Below are positions 21,631 to 31,233 of a DNA stretch of 64,000 bases, in pieces (position 1 is the stretch's first letter; every line of letters begins with the position of its first letter). The translations under genes were made by a program, and so were the position numbers. Where the stretch lies: positions 5,167 through 69,166 of the forward strand of contig CAVUYS010000072.1 in NCBI GenBank assembly GCA_963745745.1, given 5' to 3'. The notes beneath the pieces are model-generated. The model ran no database searches. It saw nothing but the letters and a program-made list of their open reading frames with translations, and was not told the origin of the DNA. The DNA comes from an uncultured Spirochaetota bacterium. Lineage in GTDB: Bacteria; Spirochaetota; Spirochaetia; SZUA-6; DRHE01.

Positions 21631-22811
21631 GGGGCCTGGCCTCCCGCGCCAGCGCCAGGAAGTCGTCGAACAGGAAGAGGGTGTCGTGCGGCCCGGGGGC
21701 GGCCTCCGGGTGGAACTGCACGCCCAGCGCCGGCAGGCTGCGGTGACGCAGGCCCTCGTTGGTCCGGTCGTTCAGGTTGAGCAGGGTGGCCTGGGCCCGG
21801 CCCCCGGTGAAGCTGTCGGGGTCCACGGCGAAACCGTGGTTCTGGGTGGTGATGAACACCCTGCCGGAAGCCTCTTCCCGCACCGGGTGGTTGGAGCCGT
21901 GATGCCCGAAAGGCAGCTTGAAGGTCCTGGCCCCCAGGGCCTGGGCCAGGATCTGGTGCCCCAGGCAGATGCCGAAGACCGGCAGCCTCTCCAGCAGCTC
22001 GGAGACGACGGCCACGATTTCCGGCAGGGTGGCCGGATCGCCGGGACCGTTGGACAGGAGCACCCCCTGCGGGTGGGAGCGCAGCAGCTCGCGGGCGCCG
22101 GTGTAGGCGGGAAACACCTCCACCCGGCAGCCGCGGCGGGCCAGCTCGTGCAGGCTGCGGGCCTTGACCCCGCAGTCCAGCACCGCGATGCGCGGGCCGG
22201 GTCCGTCGGCGTACAGGTAGGGCTCGGGGGTGGAGACCTCCCGCACCAGGCTGCGCCCCATCATCGAGGGGGAGGCGCGGACCCTGGCCAGGAAGGCCTG
22301 CGGGTCGGCGGTGTCGGTGGTCAGCCCGCAGCGCATGGCGCCCTTGTCCCGGATGTGGCGGGTCAGGGCCCGGGTGTCCACGCCCTCCACCCCCGGCACG
22401 CGGCTTCCGGCCAGGCAGTCGGCCAGGCTGCCGGTGACCGGGTTGTACTGGGCGCTGGCGTCCTGGCGGGCCTCCTGCGGGATCGTAGGAGGGCCGGGCG
22501 AATACGGACCGCCTCTCAGCGGGCTGCGGGGCGTCCTCGGACAGCGGCCGGCCGCCGTACTCCCGCACCACCAGGCCTTCGGTCCAGACCCGCGCGGACT
22601 CCTCCTCCCGCCGGCGGATGCCGTAGGTGCCGATCATGGGCGCGGTGAGCAGCACGATCTGTCCGGCGTAGGAAGGGTCGCTGATCACCTCCTGGTAGCC
22701 GGTGAGGCCGGTGTTGAACACCAGCTCCCCGAAGGCCTCCCCCGGCCCGGTGAAGCTGTGCCCGTGGTGCAGGGTCCCGTCCTCGAGCATCAGCATGGCG
22801 TCCATGGGCAT
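21623..22811 (-). CDS. carA: Carbamoyl-phosphate synthase small subunit (frameshifted between about 22400 and 22540)
   Basis: N-terminus: [47 protein letters not shown]-terminal part: [12 protein letters not shown]...[10 protein letters not shown]...HGFAV...QFHPEA. Confidence 0.9.
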
Positions 22812-22877
22812 CCGGTTGACGATATTCGCCGCTCTGGACAGTGTCAAGGCGCGCCGCCCGCGGAGTATACTGGGCCC

Positions 22878-23780
22878 ATGCAGATCGGAATCATCGGTTT
22901 GGGGAAAATGGGCGGCAACATGGCCAGGCGACTGGCCGCCGCGGGGCATCGGGTGGCGGTCCACGACCTGGACCCCGCCCGGATCGAGGAGCTGCGGCGG
23001 GCGGGCGCCGACGGGGCGGGCTCCGCTCGCGAGCTGGTGGAGCATCTGGCCCCGCGGCGGGTGGTTCTCCTGATGCTTCCGGCCGGGGAGCCGACCGAGG
23101 CCCTGGTCCAGGGCCTGGCCGGCCTGCTGGCCTCCGGGGACATCCTGATCGACGGGGGCAACGGCTTTTACCGGGACGACGTGCGGCGCGCGGCGGCCCT
23201 GGCTCCCCGCGGCATCCGCTATCTGGATGCGGGGGTGTCCGGCGGGATCTGGGGGCTCAAAGAGGGCTACTGCACCATGGTGGGCGGGGAGAAGGAAGCC
23301 TTCCAGCACGTCGAGCCGCTGCTGCGGGACCTGGCCCCGCCGGGCGGCTACCTGCATTGCGGTCCGGCCGGCGCCGGGCATTTCCTGAAGATGGTCCACA
23401 ACGGCATCGAGTACGCGCTCATGGAGGCCTACGCCGAGGGCTTCGAGCTGCTGGAGGCCTCCCCGTACGGCCAGTCCCTGGATTTCGCCGGGGTGGCCGC
23501 CCTGTGGAACCGGGGCAGTGTGATCCGCTCCTGGCTGCTGGAGCTGCTGGAAGGGGCCTTCCGGAAGGATTCCCGATTGGAGCGGATCCGCGGCCACGTG
23601 GAGGACACCGGCGAGGGGCGCTGGACCGTGCAGCAGGCCGTGGAATCCGGGGTGCAGGCCACGGCGATCGCCCACGCCCTGTTCCGGCGCTTCGACTCCC
23701 GCAAGCCCGACCCGTTCGGCAACCGGGTGCTGGCGGCGCTGCGCGCCGAGTTCGGCGGCCACGCGGTGAAAAAGGCATGA
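22878..23780 (+). CDS. gnd: Short-type 6-phosphogluconate dehydrogenase (decarboxylating)
   Basis: Motifs seen: MQIGIIGLGKMGGNMARRL, GGNGFYRDD and GAGHFLKMVHNGIEYALMEAYAEG. About 300 aa. Its stop overlaps the zwf start. Confidence 0.85.
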   Translation: MQIGIIGLGKMGGNMARRLAAAGHRVAVHDLDPARIEELRRAGADGAGSARELVEHLAPRRVVLLMLPAGEPTEALVQGLAGLLASGDILIDGGNGFYRDDVRRAAALAPRGIRYLDAGVSGGIWGLKEGYCTMVGGEKEAFQHVEPLLRDLAPPGGYLHCGPAGAGHFLKMVHNGIEYALMEAYAEGFELLEASPYGQSLDFAGVAALWNRGSVIRSWLLELLEGAFRKDSRLERIRGHVEDTGEGRWTVQQAVESGVQATAIAHALFRRFDSRKPDPFGNRVLAALRAEFGGHAVKKA

Positions 23781-25302
23781 GCCTGCCTCTGGAGACCAGC
23801 CTGCCGCCGGGGGACATGCGCGGCTCCTTCTGCATCGAGGAAATCCCCCGGGAGGCCGGCCTGGTGATCTTCGGGGCCTCGGGGGACCTCACCTCGCGCA
23901 AGCTGGTGCCGGCGCTGTTCAGCCTGTATCGCAAGAACCGCCTGCCCCAGGGCTTCTTCCTGGTCGGCTGCGCCCGCAGCGCCTTCCAGGAGAGCGCCTG
24001 GCGCTCCAGCCTGGCCGCCGGCCTCCGGCGGCAGGCCCCGCCGGAGGAGGTCCTGTCCGGCTTCCTGCAGCGCTGCTTCTACCTGGGCGGCGACTACCGC
24101 GACCCCGGCCTGTACGCGCGACTGGCCTCCCGCCTGAAGGAGCTGGACCGCCGCCTGCGGGGCCAGGCCAACCACGTGTTCTACCTGGCCACCCCGCCGG
24201 ACCTGTACCAGCCGGTGGTCGAGGGCCTGGCCGCCGCCGGCCTGGCCCGCGATCGCCCGGAGGCCACCGCGCGGGCCATCTTCGAGAAGCCCTTCGGCCG
24301 GGACCTGGCCAGCGCCCTGGAGCTGGACCGCGTCCTGCGCGCCGTGCTGGCCGAGCACCAGATCTACCGCATCGACCACTACCTGGGCAAGGAGACCGTG
24401 CAGAACATCCTGGTGTTCCGCTTCGCCAACGCGATCTTCGAGCCGCTCTGGAACCGCAGCTACATCGACCACGTGCAGATCACCGTGGCCGAGGAGCGTG
24501 GGCGTGGAGCACCGCGGCCGGCTACTACGAGCAGGCCGGCGTGCTGCGCGACATGTTCCAGAACCACCTGCTGCAGCTGCTGGCCCTGGTGGCCATGGAG
24601 CCGCCCGCCTCCTTCGACGCCGACGCGGTGCGCGACGAGAAGGTCAAGGTGCTGCGCTCGATCCGCCCCTACCAGCGGCAGGAGGTGGCGGGCAACTTCG
24701 TGCGCGGCCAGTACGAAGGCTACCGGCGGGAGCCCGGGGTGGCGCCGGATTCCGCGACGGAGACCTTCGCGGCCGCCCGCCTGTTCATCGACAACTGGCG
24801 CTGGCAAGGCGTGCCGTTCTACCTGCGGGCCGGCAAGCGCCTGGCGCGCAAGACCAGCGTGATCGTGGTCAGCTTCAAGAGCGTGCCCCACTCCATGTTC
24901 CATCCCCTCACTCCGGCGGACCTGCGGCCCAACACCCTGCTGTTCCACGTCCAGCCGGAGGAGGGCATCTGCCTGCGCTTCCAGGCCAAGCGGCCCGGGC
25001 CCCGCCTGTGCATGGACACCACGGAGATGACCTTCTACTACCGGGACATGGTCAAGGAAGAGCTGCCCGACGCCTACGAGCGGCTCCTGCTGGACTGCCT
25101 GAACGCCGACCCGACCCTGTTCATCCGGCACGATGCGGTGGAGGTTTCCTGGTCCCTGCTCATGCCGGTGCTGGACCTCTGGGCGGAAGAGCGCGCGCCG
25201 GACTCCTCGGCAGCCTTGCACCCCTACCCGGCCGGTTCCTGGGGGCCCGAGGCCACGGAGGCGCTGCCCGCCGCCGACGGGCGCTCCTGGGCGGCCGTCT
25301 GA
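23777..25302 (+). CDS. zwf: Glucose-6-phosphate dehydrogenase (one frameshift near 24500)
   Basis: Motifs seen: VIFGASGDLTSRKL, EKPFGRDL and RIDHYLGKE. Then, in frame 24541-25302, LRDMFQNHLLQLLALVAMEPP. Confidence 0.92.
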
Positions 25303-25378
25303 TTCCCGGCCTGCTGGGCCGCCTCCCTTGCGCCGGCGGGCCCTGGCAGGTAAACTCGGGATCGGCCAGGAGGCCCCC

Positions 25379-26755
25379 ATGCCCGAATCCGTCAATGAAG
25401 TGCGTCCCTTCCGCGTGCTGCACTACAACCCGGACAAGATCCCCGACCTGGGCTCCTGCCTGAGCCAGCCTTATGACGTGATTTCCGCCGAAAGGCAGGA
25501 AGCCTACTACCGGCAGCACCCGCACAACGTGATCCGCCTCATCCTGGGCCGGGAACGGCCCGGGGACGGCCCGGCCGACAACCGCTACACCCGGGCCCGG
25601 GCCGAGCTGGAGCGCTGGCGCAGCGAAGGGGTGCTGCACTACACGCGGACCCCTTCGTTCTGGGTGCTGGAGCAGGAGTTCGAGCTGCCGGAGATCGGGC
25701 GGCGCAAGGTCAAGGGCTTCATCGGCCTGGTGCGCCTGCAGGACTACGGCAGCGGCCGGATCCTGCCCCACGAGAAGATCATGGACCGCCCCCTGGCCGA
25801 CCGCCTCCGCCTGACCGAGGCCACCGGCGCGCAGTTCGAGTACATCTGGAGCATCTACCGGGACCAGGCCTACGTCGTGGACAACGTCCTGGACCAGGCT
25901 GAAGCCAGCCGGCCCATCCTGGACTACCTGGAGCCGGAGACCCAGGTGCGGCACCGCCTGTGGCGCCTCAAGGATCCGGAGGCCTGCGCGGCCATCCGGC
26001 GCACCATGGAGCGCCTGCCGATCTACATCGCCGACGGGCACCACCGCTACCAGGCCATGCTCACCCATCGCGACCGGATGCGCGCCCTGCATCCCGAAGC
26101 CGGCCCGGAGGCGCCGTGGGAGTACATCATGATGTTCCTGGTGAACTCCCGCCACGAGGGCCTCACCGTGCTGCCCACCCACCGCCTGCTGCACGATCTG
26201 GACCTGCGGCGCAGGGGGCTTTCGGACCTGCACCTGGGCATCCTGGAGCACTTCCACGTGAAGAGCTACTCCTTCAACGGCGGCGGCGACGACACCTCCG
26301 CCCGCCGGCGCTGGCTGCGCGATCTGCGCGACGTGGAGCCGGGAGTGCACAAGTTCGGGGCCCTGATCGCCGGCATGAACCGCTACTTCCTGATCACCCT
26401 GCGGGACGCGGAGGCCTACGAGGAGATGATGGAGATCGACTCCAGCTCCGCCTGGAAGACCCTGGACGTGAACATCCTGAACACCCTGATCCTGAACCGC
26501 ATCGTCGGCATCACCGAGGAGGAGCTGGCCGCCCAGGTGAACGTGGAGTACACCAAGGATCTGGAGGAGGCCCTGGAGGCGGTGCGCGCCGGGCGGAGGC
26601 AGGTGGCTTTGATCCTGAACGCCACGCGCCTGGAGGACATCTTCACCATCGCGGACGGAGGGGAGAAGATGCCGCGCAAGTCCACCTACTTCTACCCCAA
26701 GCCGCTCTCCGGCCTGGTCTTCTACCCGATGGAGGAGGGGCTGGGGCCCGGATAG
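25379..26755 (+). CDS. DUF1015 domain protein
   Basis: Motifs seen: VRPFRVLHYNP, ILPHEKIM and IYIADGHHRY, the characteristic DUF1015 pattern. The ATG at 25379 lies inside ORF 25133-26755. Confidence 0.85.
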   Translation: MPESVNEVRPFRVLHYNPDKIPDLGSCLSQPYDVISAERQEAYYRQHPHNVIRLILGRERPGDGPADNRYTRARAELERWRSEGVLHYTRTPSFWVLEQEFELPEIGRRKVKGFIGLVRLQDYGSGRILPHEKIMDRPLADRLRLTEATGAQFEYIWSIYRDQAYVVDNVLDQAEASRPILDYLEPETQVRHRLWRLKDPEACAAIRRTMERLPIYIADGHHRYQAMLTHRDRMRALHPEAGPEAPWEYIMMFLVNSRHEGLTVLPTHRLLHDLDLRRRGLSDLHLGILEHFHVKSYSFNGGGDDTSARRRWLRDLRDVEPGVHKFGALIAGMNRYFLITLRDAEAYEEMMEIDSSSAWKTLDVNILNTLILNRIVGITEEELAAQVNVEYTKDLEEALEAVRAGRRQVALILNATRLEDIFTIADGGEKMPRKSTYFYPKPLSGLVFYPMEEGLGPG

Positions 26756-26935
26756 CCCTGGTCCGCGGCAAGCTGCGCCGCCGCTGATGGCGCCATCCTC
26801 GCGGCTTCCCGGACGTGCCGCGGCTCATCCTCATCGAAATTTGGCACCTTGTCAGAAGAATTCTACATCGAATTGGCCGCACCAGGCCGGGAGGAAAATT
26901 GCCGCCTGCGGCAAAGCCTTATTACTATAGCAACC

Positions 26936-27850
26936 ATGAAAACCTCAATCAGCCGTCTGGTCCTCGTGCTGTGCGTGCTGACCGGTTCCCTCGTGGCTGC
27001 CCAGGAAGGCGACCCAAGCGGCATCCGGCCCGCTCAACTCACCTTTGCCTACCCCTTGGGGACGAATGGGGTGAACGCGCTGAACTACTCCAACCACCTC
27101 TCCTTCAACATTCTCTTCGGACTGAATGGGGGAGTGGATGGAGCAGAGTTTGGCGGCGTTTTCAACTTCACCAAAGGGGATGTCCGGTGGGCGCAATTGG
27201 CCGGTGTCTTCAATATGAATACGGGGGATACCCGAGGAGTTCAGCTGGCCGGTGTTTTCAATGTGAACTTCAATGAGTTCAGCGGCCTTCAGGCGGCGGT
27301 GTTGAACTACTCCAGAAGGGTGAAAGGCGTGCAGCTCGGGGTGGTCAACATCGCGGAAAGTCCCGAAGGAGTGGTGCCCGTTGGGCTGATAAATATCATC
27401 AAAGGCGGCCATTACGAGGTCGAAATGAGCGGAGGCGACGTCGTTTATGCGAACTTGAACTACAAGATGGGCGTGGAAAGGTTCTATTCGATTATCAAAG
27501 CAGGCTTTTCCTCGTTCAATAGTGCACCGGTCTATTCCGCCGGGGTGGGCCTCGGGGGGGCCATCAGGATCAGCGAAAAACATAGTATCAATATCGATGC
27601 CTCGACCAGCAGCATTATCTACAACAACACCTTGCCGATCGATAAGAGGAATGCTCTCCATAAACTGGACGTCAATTACAAGCTTGAGCTCTTGCCCAAC
27701 GTCTTCTTGCTGCTCGGCCCTTCGCTGAATGTCTACCTGGCAGAAGGTGACACGTTGCCTGTCCCCTATACCATCTATTCTGCCGCCTCAGCGGGGACGA
27801 ACACCAGCGTCTGGGTGGGCGCGAATGCGGGGCTGGCCTATAAGTTCTAG
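26936..27850 (+). CDS. Exported repeat protein (G-x-Q-L-A-G-V-F-N repeats, LA_2272-like surface-repeat type) with a beta-barrel-like C-terminus
   Basis: Signal peptide MKTSISRLVLVLCVLTGSLVAAQ. It has about six tandem 14-19-aa repeats: AEFGGVFNF, AQLAGVFNM, VQLAGVFNV, LQAAVLNY, VQLGVVNI, VPVGLINI. The C-terminus ends GLAYKF. GC is lower than in the flanks. Confidence 0.55.
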   Translation: MKTSISRLVLVLCVLTGSLVAAQEGDPSGIRPAQLTFAYPLGTNGVNALNYSNHLSFNILFGLNGGVDGAEFGGVFNFTKGDVRWAQLAGVFNMNTGDTRGVQLAGVFNVNFNEFSGLQAAVLNYSRRVKGVQLGVVNIAESPEGVVPVGLINIIKGGHYEVEMSGGDVVYANLNYKMGVERFYSIIKAGFSSFNSAPVYSAGVGLGGAIRISEKHSINIDASTSSIIYNNTLPIDKRNALHKLDVNYKLELLPNVFLLLGPSLNVYLAEGDTLPVPYTIYSAASAGTNTSVWVGANAGLAYKF

Positions 27851-27980
27851 CTGATCAGGGGCACCGGCTGCAGGGTGCTCAATTTTCAGCCCCTGCTGGA
27901 CGGCTCCCCGATATGGGGCTATCTTGCTGGGAGCCGCTGCGGGTGGAAAACATGTTTCGAAAGCCCACGAGGATTGACTC

Positions 27981-29237
27981 ATGAAGAAGCCCCAAGAACG
28001 CTACGACTTCGGCGGAGTCCCTGGCAACCTGGTGCTCCTCGTCCTTCTCCCCGCCATCGTGTATTACCTGTACTTCTGTCTGCGCTTCAACGACGGCAGG
28101 CTCTTTCCAGCGGGGGTGAGCCGCCAGGAGCTGCTGGCATTCTGGAAGGACATCGTCCCCACGGGCAGGGCCTTCATGACCTACGGGATCTGGATCGGTT
28201 TCCAGGCGCTGCTCCAGGTTCTCTTGCCCGGCAGGAAGGTGCACGGCCGCCTGCTCGAAGCGGGAATGCGTCTGAGCTACCGCCTGAACGGCCTGGCCTC
28301 GTTGCTCATCACCATCGGGGCGTATTGGACGCTGGTTCTGACCGGAGTCGTCGATCCAAGGGCGGTGTTCCGCGGAATCGGCCCCTTGATTTCGGCAGCC
28401 ATGATTTTCGCCTATTCCTTCAGCCTCTTTCTATACCTCTATGGCCGCCTGGGCTCCCCAAAGCAGGCAGTCCCCGCGAGCGAGCTTCACCGCTTCTTCA
28501 TGGGATACTCCCTCAACCCCCGGATCGGGAGCTTCGACCTCAAGCTTTTCTTCGAAGCCAGGCCGAGCCTCATCGGCTGGATCATCCTCACCTGGGTGTA
28601 TGCGGCCGTGCAGTACCAGAACACGGGGGTCGTGAGCAGGTCCATGGTGCTGGTCTGCCTGTTCCAGTTCGCGTACGTCCTGGACTACTTCATTCACGAA
28701 GAGGCGATTCTCTCCACCATGGACATAGTGCACGATCACTTCGGGTTCATGCTCTGTTTCGGCGATACCGTGTGGGTGCCCTTCACCTACTCGGTGCAGG
28801 CCTATTACCTGATCAGCCGGGGGAAGACCCTCGCCCCATGGGCGATGGTCCTCTTTGGCCTTCTTTTCGCGGCCGGCTATCTGTTCTTCCGGGTCACCAA
28901 TCTTCAGAAGCATCGCTTCCGGAAGGATCCGTCCCGTCCGATATGGGGACGTCCGCCGGAGTACATTCAGACCGCTCAGGGCAACAGGCTGCTGGTGTCC
29001 GGGTTCTGGGGGTGGTCCCGGCACTTCAACTACGTGGGAGACATCCTGATGGCAGCGGCTTGGTCTCTTCCCTGCCTGTTTGGCTCGCTCCTGCCTTATT
29101 TCTATCCCCTGTACTTCGCCGTCCTGCTGATCCACCGGGAACGGAGGGACTACCGGCGCTGCCTGTCGAGGTACGGGAAGGCCTGGGAGGAGTACTGCCG
29201 GCGGGTGCGGTGGAGAATCCTCCCGGGGATCTATTAG
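27981..29237 (+). CDS. ERG4/ERG24-family sterol reductase, closest in pattern to C-14 sterol reductases (ERG24/TM7SF2/LBR)
   Basis: Intact 418-aa polytopic ORF with N-terminal YDFGGVPGNL. The C-terminus LLVSGFWGWSRHFNYVGDILMAAAWSLPC...LLPYFYPLYFAVLLIHRERRDYRRCLSRYGKAWEEYCRRVRWRILPGIY is nearly collinear with the animal TM7SF2/LBR C-terminus as I recall it. Confidence 0.85.
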   Translation: MKKPQERYDFGGVPGNLVLLVLLPAIVYYLYFCLRFNDGRLFPAGVSRQELLAFWKDIVPTGRAFMTYGIWIGFQALLQVLLPGRKVHGRLLEAGMRLSYRLNGLASLLITIGAYWTLVLTGVVDPRAVFRGIGPLISAAMIFAYSFSLFLYLYGRLGSPKQAVPASELHRFFMGYSLNPRIGSFDLKLFFEARPSLIGWIILTWVYAAVQYQNTGVVSRSMVLVCLFQFAYVLDYFIHEEAILSTMDIVHDHFGFMLCFGDTVWVPFTYSVQAYYLISRGKTLAPWAMVLFGLLFAAGYLFFRVTNLQKHRFRKDPSRPIWGRPPEYIQTAQGNRLLVSGFWGWSRHFNYVGDILMAAAWSLPCLFGSLLPYFYPLYFAVLLIHRERRDYRRCLSRYGKAWEEYCRRVRWRILPGIY

Positions 29238-29815
29238 GCGAATCCTCGCGAGAAGGGGTTCGGGCGCCACATCCGCACCGCCAGGAGCAGGGGGATCAGC
29301 TTGTAGGGGAGGTTGTACAGCAGGAACTTCCCCGGGCGAAGCACGGCCAGCGACGGGGTGAGGCCCTTCTGCGCCAGCTCCGCCGCAGACTTCACCCCCC
29401 CGGCGCCCATCATCTCGAACAGCGCCAGGTCGCCGGCAAACTCCACGACCAGCAGAACGATCATGCTCTCGATGATCATCCCCGCGTAGAGCAGAGCAAA
29501 GGGGCGGATCCAGTTTTTCCCTGTGACGAAGGCCACGACCAGTACGATGTAGAAGGGCCCGAAGAGAAACGCGGAGATGGCGGTCATCGCCCGCAGGAAG
29601 GTGGGGTTGGCGATGAGCAAGGGATCGTTGCCCAGGGCGTAGGAATGATACACCGCCCGAGCCCAGAAGTAGCTGCTGTTGGGGTCGGGCCTGGCCACGG
29701 CGTTGACCAGGTCCGCCGCGAACGAGGTGAACACGAAGGCGGAAAAGACGATGATGAAGATCCAGTCGTAGCCGCGCTGCCTCAGTGGCAGGCTCTTCGC
29801 ACTGACAGTTTCCAT
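29234..29815 (-). CDS. EXPERA-domain (TMEM97/sigma-2, EBP-like; DUF2781) four-TM protein
   Basis: 193 aa. GNDPLLIANPTFLRAMTAISAFLFGPFYIVLVVAFVTGKNWIRPFALLYAGMIIESMIVLL aligns by eye to human TMEM97 [61 protein letters not shown]. The C-terminal YNLPYKLIPLLLAVRMWR matches YAPYLLIPFILLIFMLR. Confidence 0.7.
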   Translation of the reverse strand: METVSAKSLPLRQRGYDWIFIIVFSAFVFTSFAADLVNAVARPDPNSSYFWARAVYHSYALGNDPLLIANPTFLRAMTAISAFLFGPFYIVLVVAFVTGKNWIRPFALLYAGMIIESMIVLLVVEFAGDLALFEMMGAGGVKSAAELAQKGLTPSLAVLRPGKFLLYNLPYKLIPLLLAVRMWRPNPFSRGFA

Positions 29816-29824
29816 AATACCTCC

Positions 29825-29844
29825 GCAGCCTATGCATAGGCTGC
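29825..29844. promoter_or_regulatory. Perfect 20-bp palindrome abutting the EXPERA gene ribosome-binding site
   Basis: GCAGCCTATGCATAGGCTGC equals its own reverse complement. On the minus strand it is followed directly by GGAGG, tatt and the ATG at 29815. A second inverted repeat, CCATAG..CTATGG, lies at 29844-29869. Confidence 0.6.
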
Positions 29845-29890
29845 CATAGTATCGGGCTTGTGTCTATGGCTACTGCGTGAGGCCCGGCTC

Positions 29891-31213
29891 CTACGCCGGC
29901 TGGGCCAACCGCCGGATGATGTTGTAGGTGCCCAGCCGGGGGGCGCGGCTGAAGCCGTTGAAGGCGGCGCGGGCCAGCGCCCCGGAAGCCAGCAGCTCGA
30001 AGAACCAGCTCTCGAAGTCGCGCATGTCCCCCTGGTCGATGCCCGCCTCCAGCCCCAGCAGCCATTCCCGGTTGAAGTCCTCCTGGGAACCGATCGTGGG
30101 CGCCATGAGGATGGGCAGGCCCAGGGCGGCGTAGAAGGAAAGCTCCGAAGGCTTGGTCCAGAGGATGTCGGTTTCCCGCAGGGTCCGGTTGAAGGTCTGG
30201 AAGTAGCGCTGCTTGTCCGGCTCGAAGAGGATCTCCAGGCCGCGGCCCTCCAGCTCGGCGAGGCCCGCGGCCGCCAGGCCCTCCCGGAAGATCTCCCGCA
30301 CCCGGGCGCTCACCCCGGCCACCAGCACCAGGCGCAGCTCCCCGCCGCGGATGCGCCGGGCCAGGATCGAGGCGGCCTGCAGGCCGATGTCCGCCTGGGC
30401 GCCCGCCCCGCCCACCGCGAACAGCACGGTGAGGGGCCGGGGCGGCTGCTCGGGCCGCCGGTCCGGCGCCAGGGCGGCCAGTACCTGCTCGGCGTTGGGG
30501 CCCAGGAAGCTGCGCCGGGGATCCAGCTTGGCCAGGCGGAAGGCGGTGTCGGCGCGCAGGATGTCGAAATCCGGCCAGCCCAGGTTCTCCTCCGGCAGGG
30601 GGAAACCGGTGAGCTGGATGCGCTCCGCGGGAACCCCGTAGAGCTTCAGGCGCTCGCACACCCGGGGGGTCGGGGCGAAGTAGAAGATGCGGCTGGAGCG
30701 CGGGTTGGCGGCCACCCAGTCGCGACTGCAGTCCGCGTCGCAGACCACGCAGTAGATGAGGCCCGGATAGCCGTGCAGGTCCGCCATGTGGGCCGTGGAA
30801 AAGAAGGTGGAAAGGTAGGGCAGATGCTCCCGGGCCCAGAGCCCCTCGATCAGGCTGCGCCCCCAGTTCCTGCGGCGGATCAGGCGCGTGGCCCCCAGCA
30901 CCTGCAGGGTCGGCCGGGACAGGTCCCGGTTCGGGTCGAAGGGCGGGATGGCCTGGAAGCGGTCGTAGAGGCGGAAGGCCAGCGGCCCGAGCAGGGGCAC
31001 GCGCTTGAAGCGCGACACGGTGTTGTAGAAGCGCTCCAGGTCGGCGAAGACCTGCCGGTCGGAATCCGGCATGCCCGGGTAGTGGTTGGCATTGATCACC
31101 CCGCCCTGGGCGATGCGGGCCAGCGGGTAGGCGGCCCGCTGGTGGCCGTAACCCATGTCCACGGTGACCAGCCAGGCCCTGGCGTCCGGAAGCTCTCTTT
31201 GCCCTTCGCTCAC
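29891..31213 (-). CDS. Glycosyltransferase, MGDG-synthase/MurG-like (GT28-type) fold
   Basis: GTG start at 31213 preceded by AGGAGGG. The N-terminal motif VTVDMGYGHQRAAYPL (G-x-G-H) is typical of MGDG-synthase-type lipid glycosyltransferases. 440 aa, intact. Confidence 0.65.
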   Translation of the reverse strand: MSEGQRELPDARAWLVTVDMGYGHQRAAYPLARIAQGGVINANHYPGMPDSDRQVFADLERFYNTVSRFKRVPLLGPLAFRLYDRFQAIPPFDPNRDLSRPTLQVLGATRLIRRRNWGRSLIEGLWAREHLPYLSTFFSTAHMADLHGYPGLIYCVVCDADCSRDWVAANPRSSRIFYFAPTPRVCERLKLYGVPAERIQLTGFPLPEENLGWPDFDILRADTAFRLAKLDPRRSFLGPNAEQVLAALAPDRRPEQPPRPLTVLFAVGGAGAQADIGLQAASILARRIRGGELRLVLVAGVSARVREIFREGLAAAGLAELEGRGLEILFEPDKQRYFQTFNRTLRETDILWTKPSELSFYAALGLPILMAPTIGSQEDFNREWLLGLEAGIDQGDMRDFESWFFELLASGALARAAFNGFSRAPRLGTYNIIRRLAQPA

Positions 31214-31233
31214 TTCGTGTCCCTCCTGTACGC

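Noticed and set aside
28431-30659. 742-aa minus-strand ORF crossing the sterol reductase, EXPERA and glycosyltransferase genes
   Set aside because: It is out of frame or antisense relative to three genes with clear family signatures. The translation is Pro/Arg/Gly-rich.
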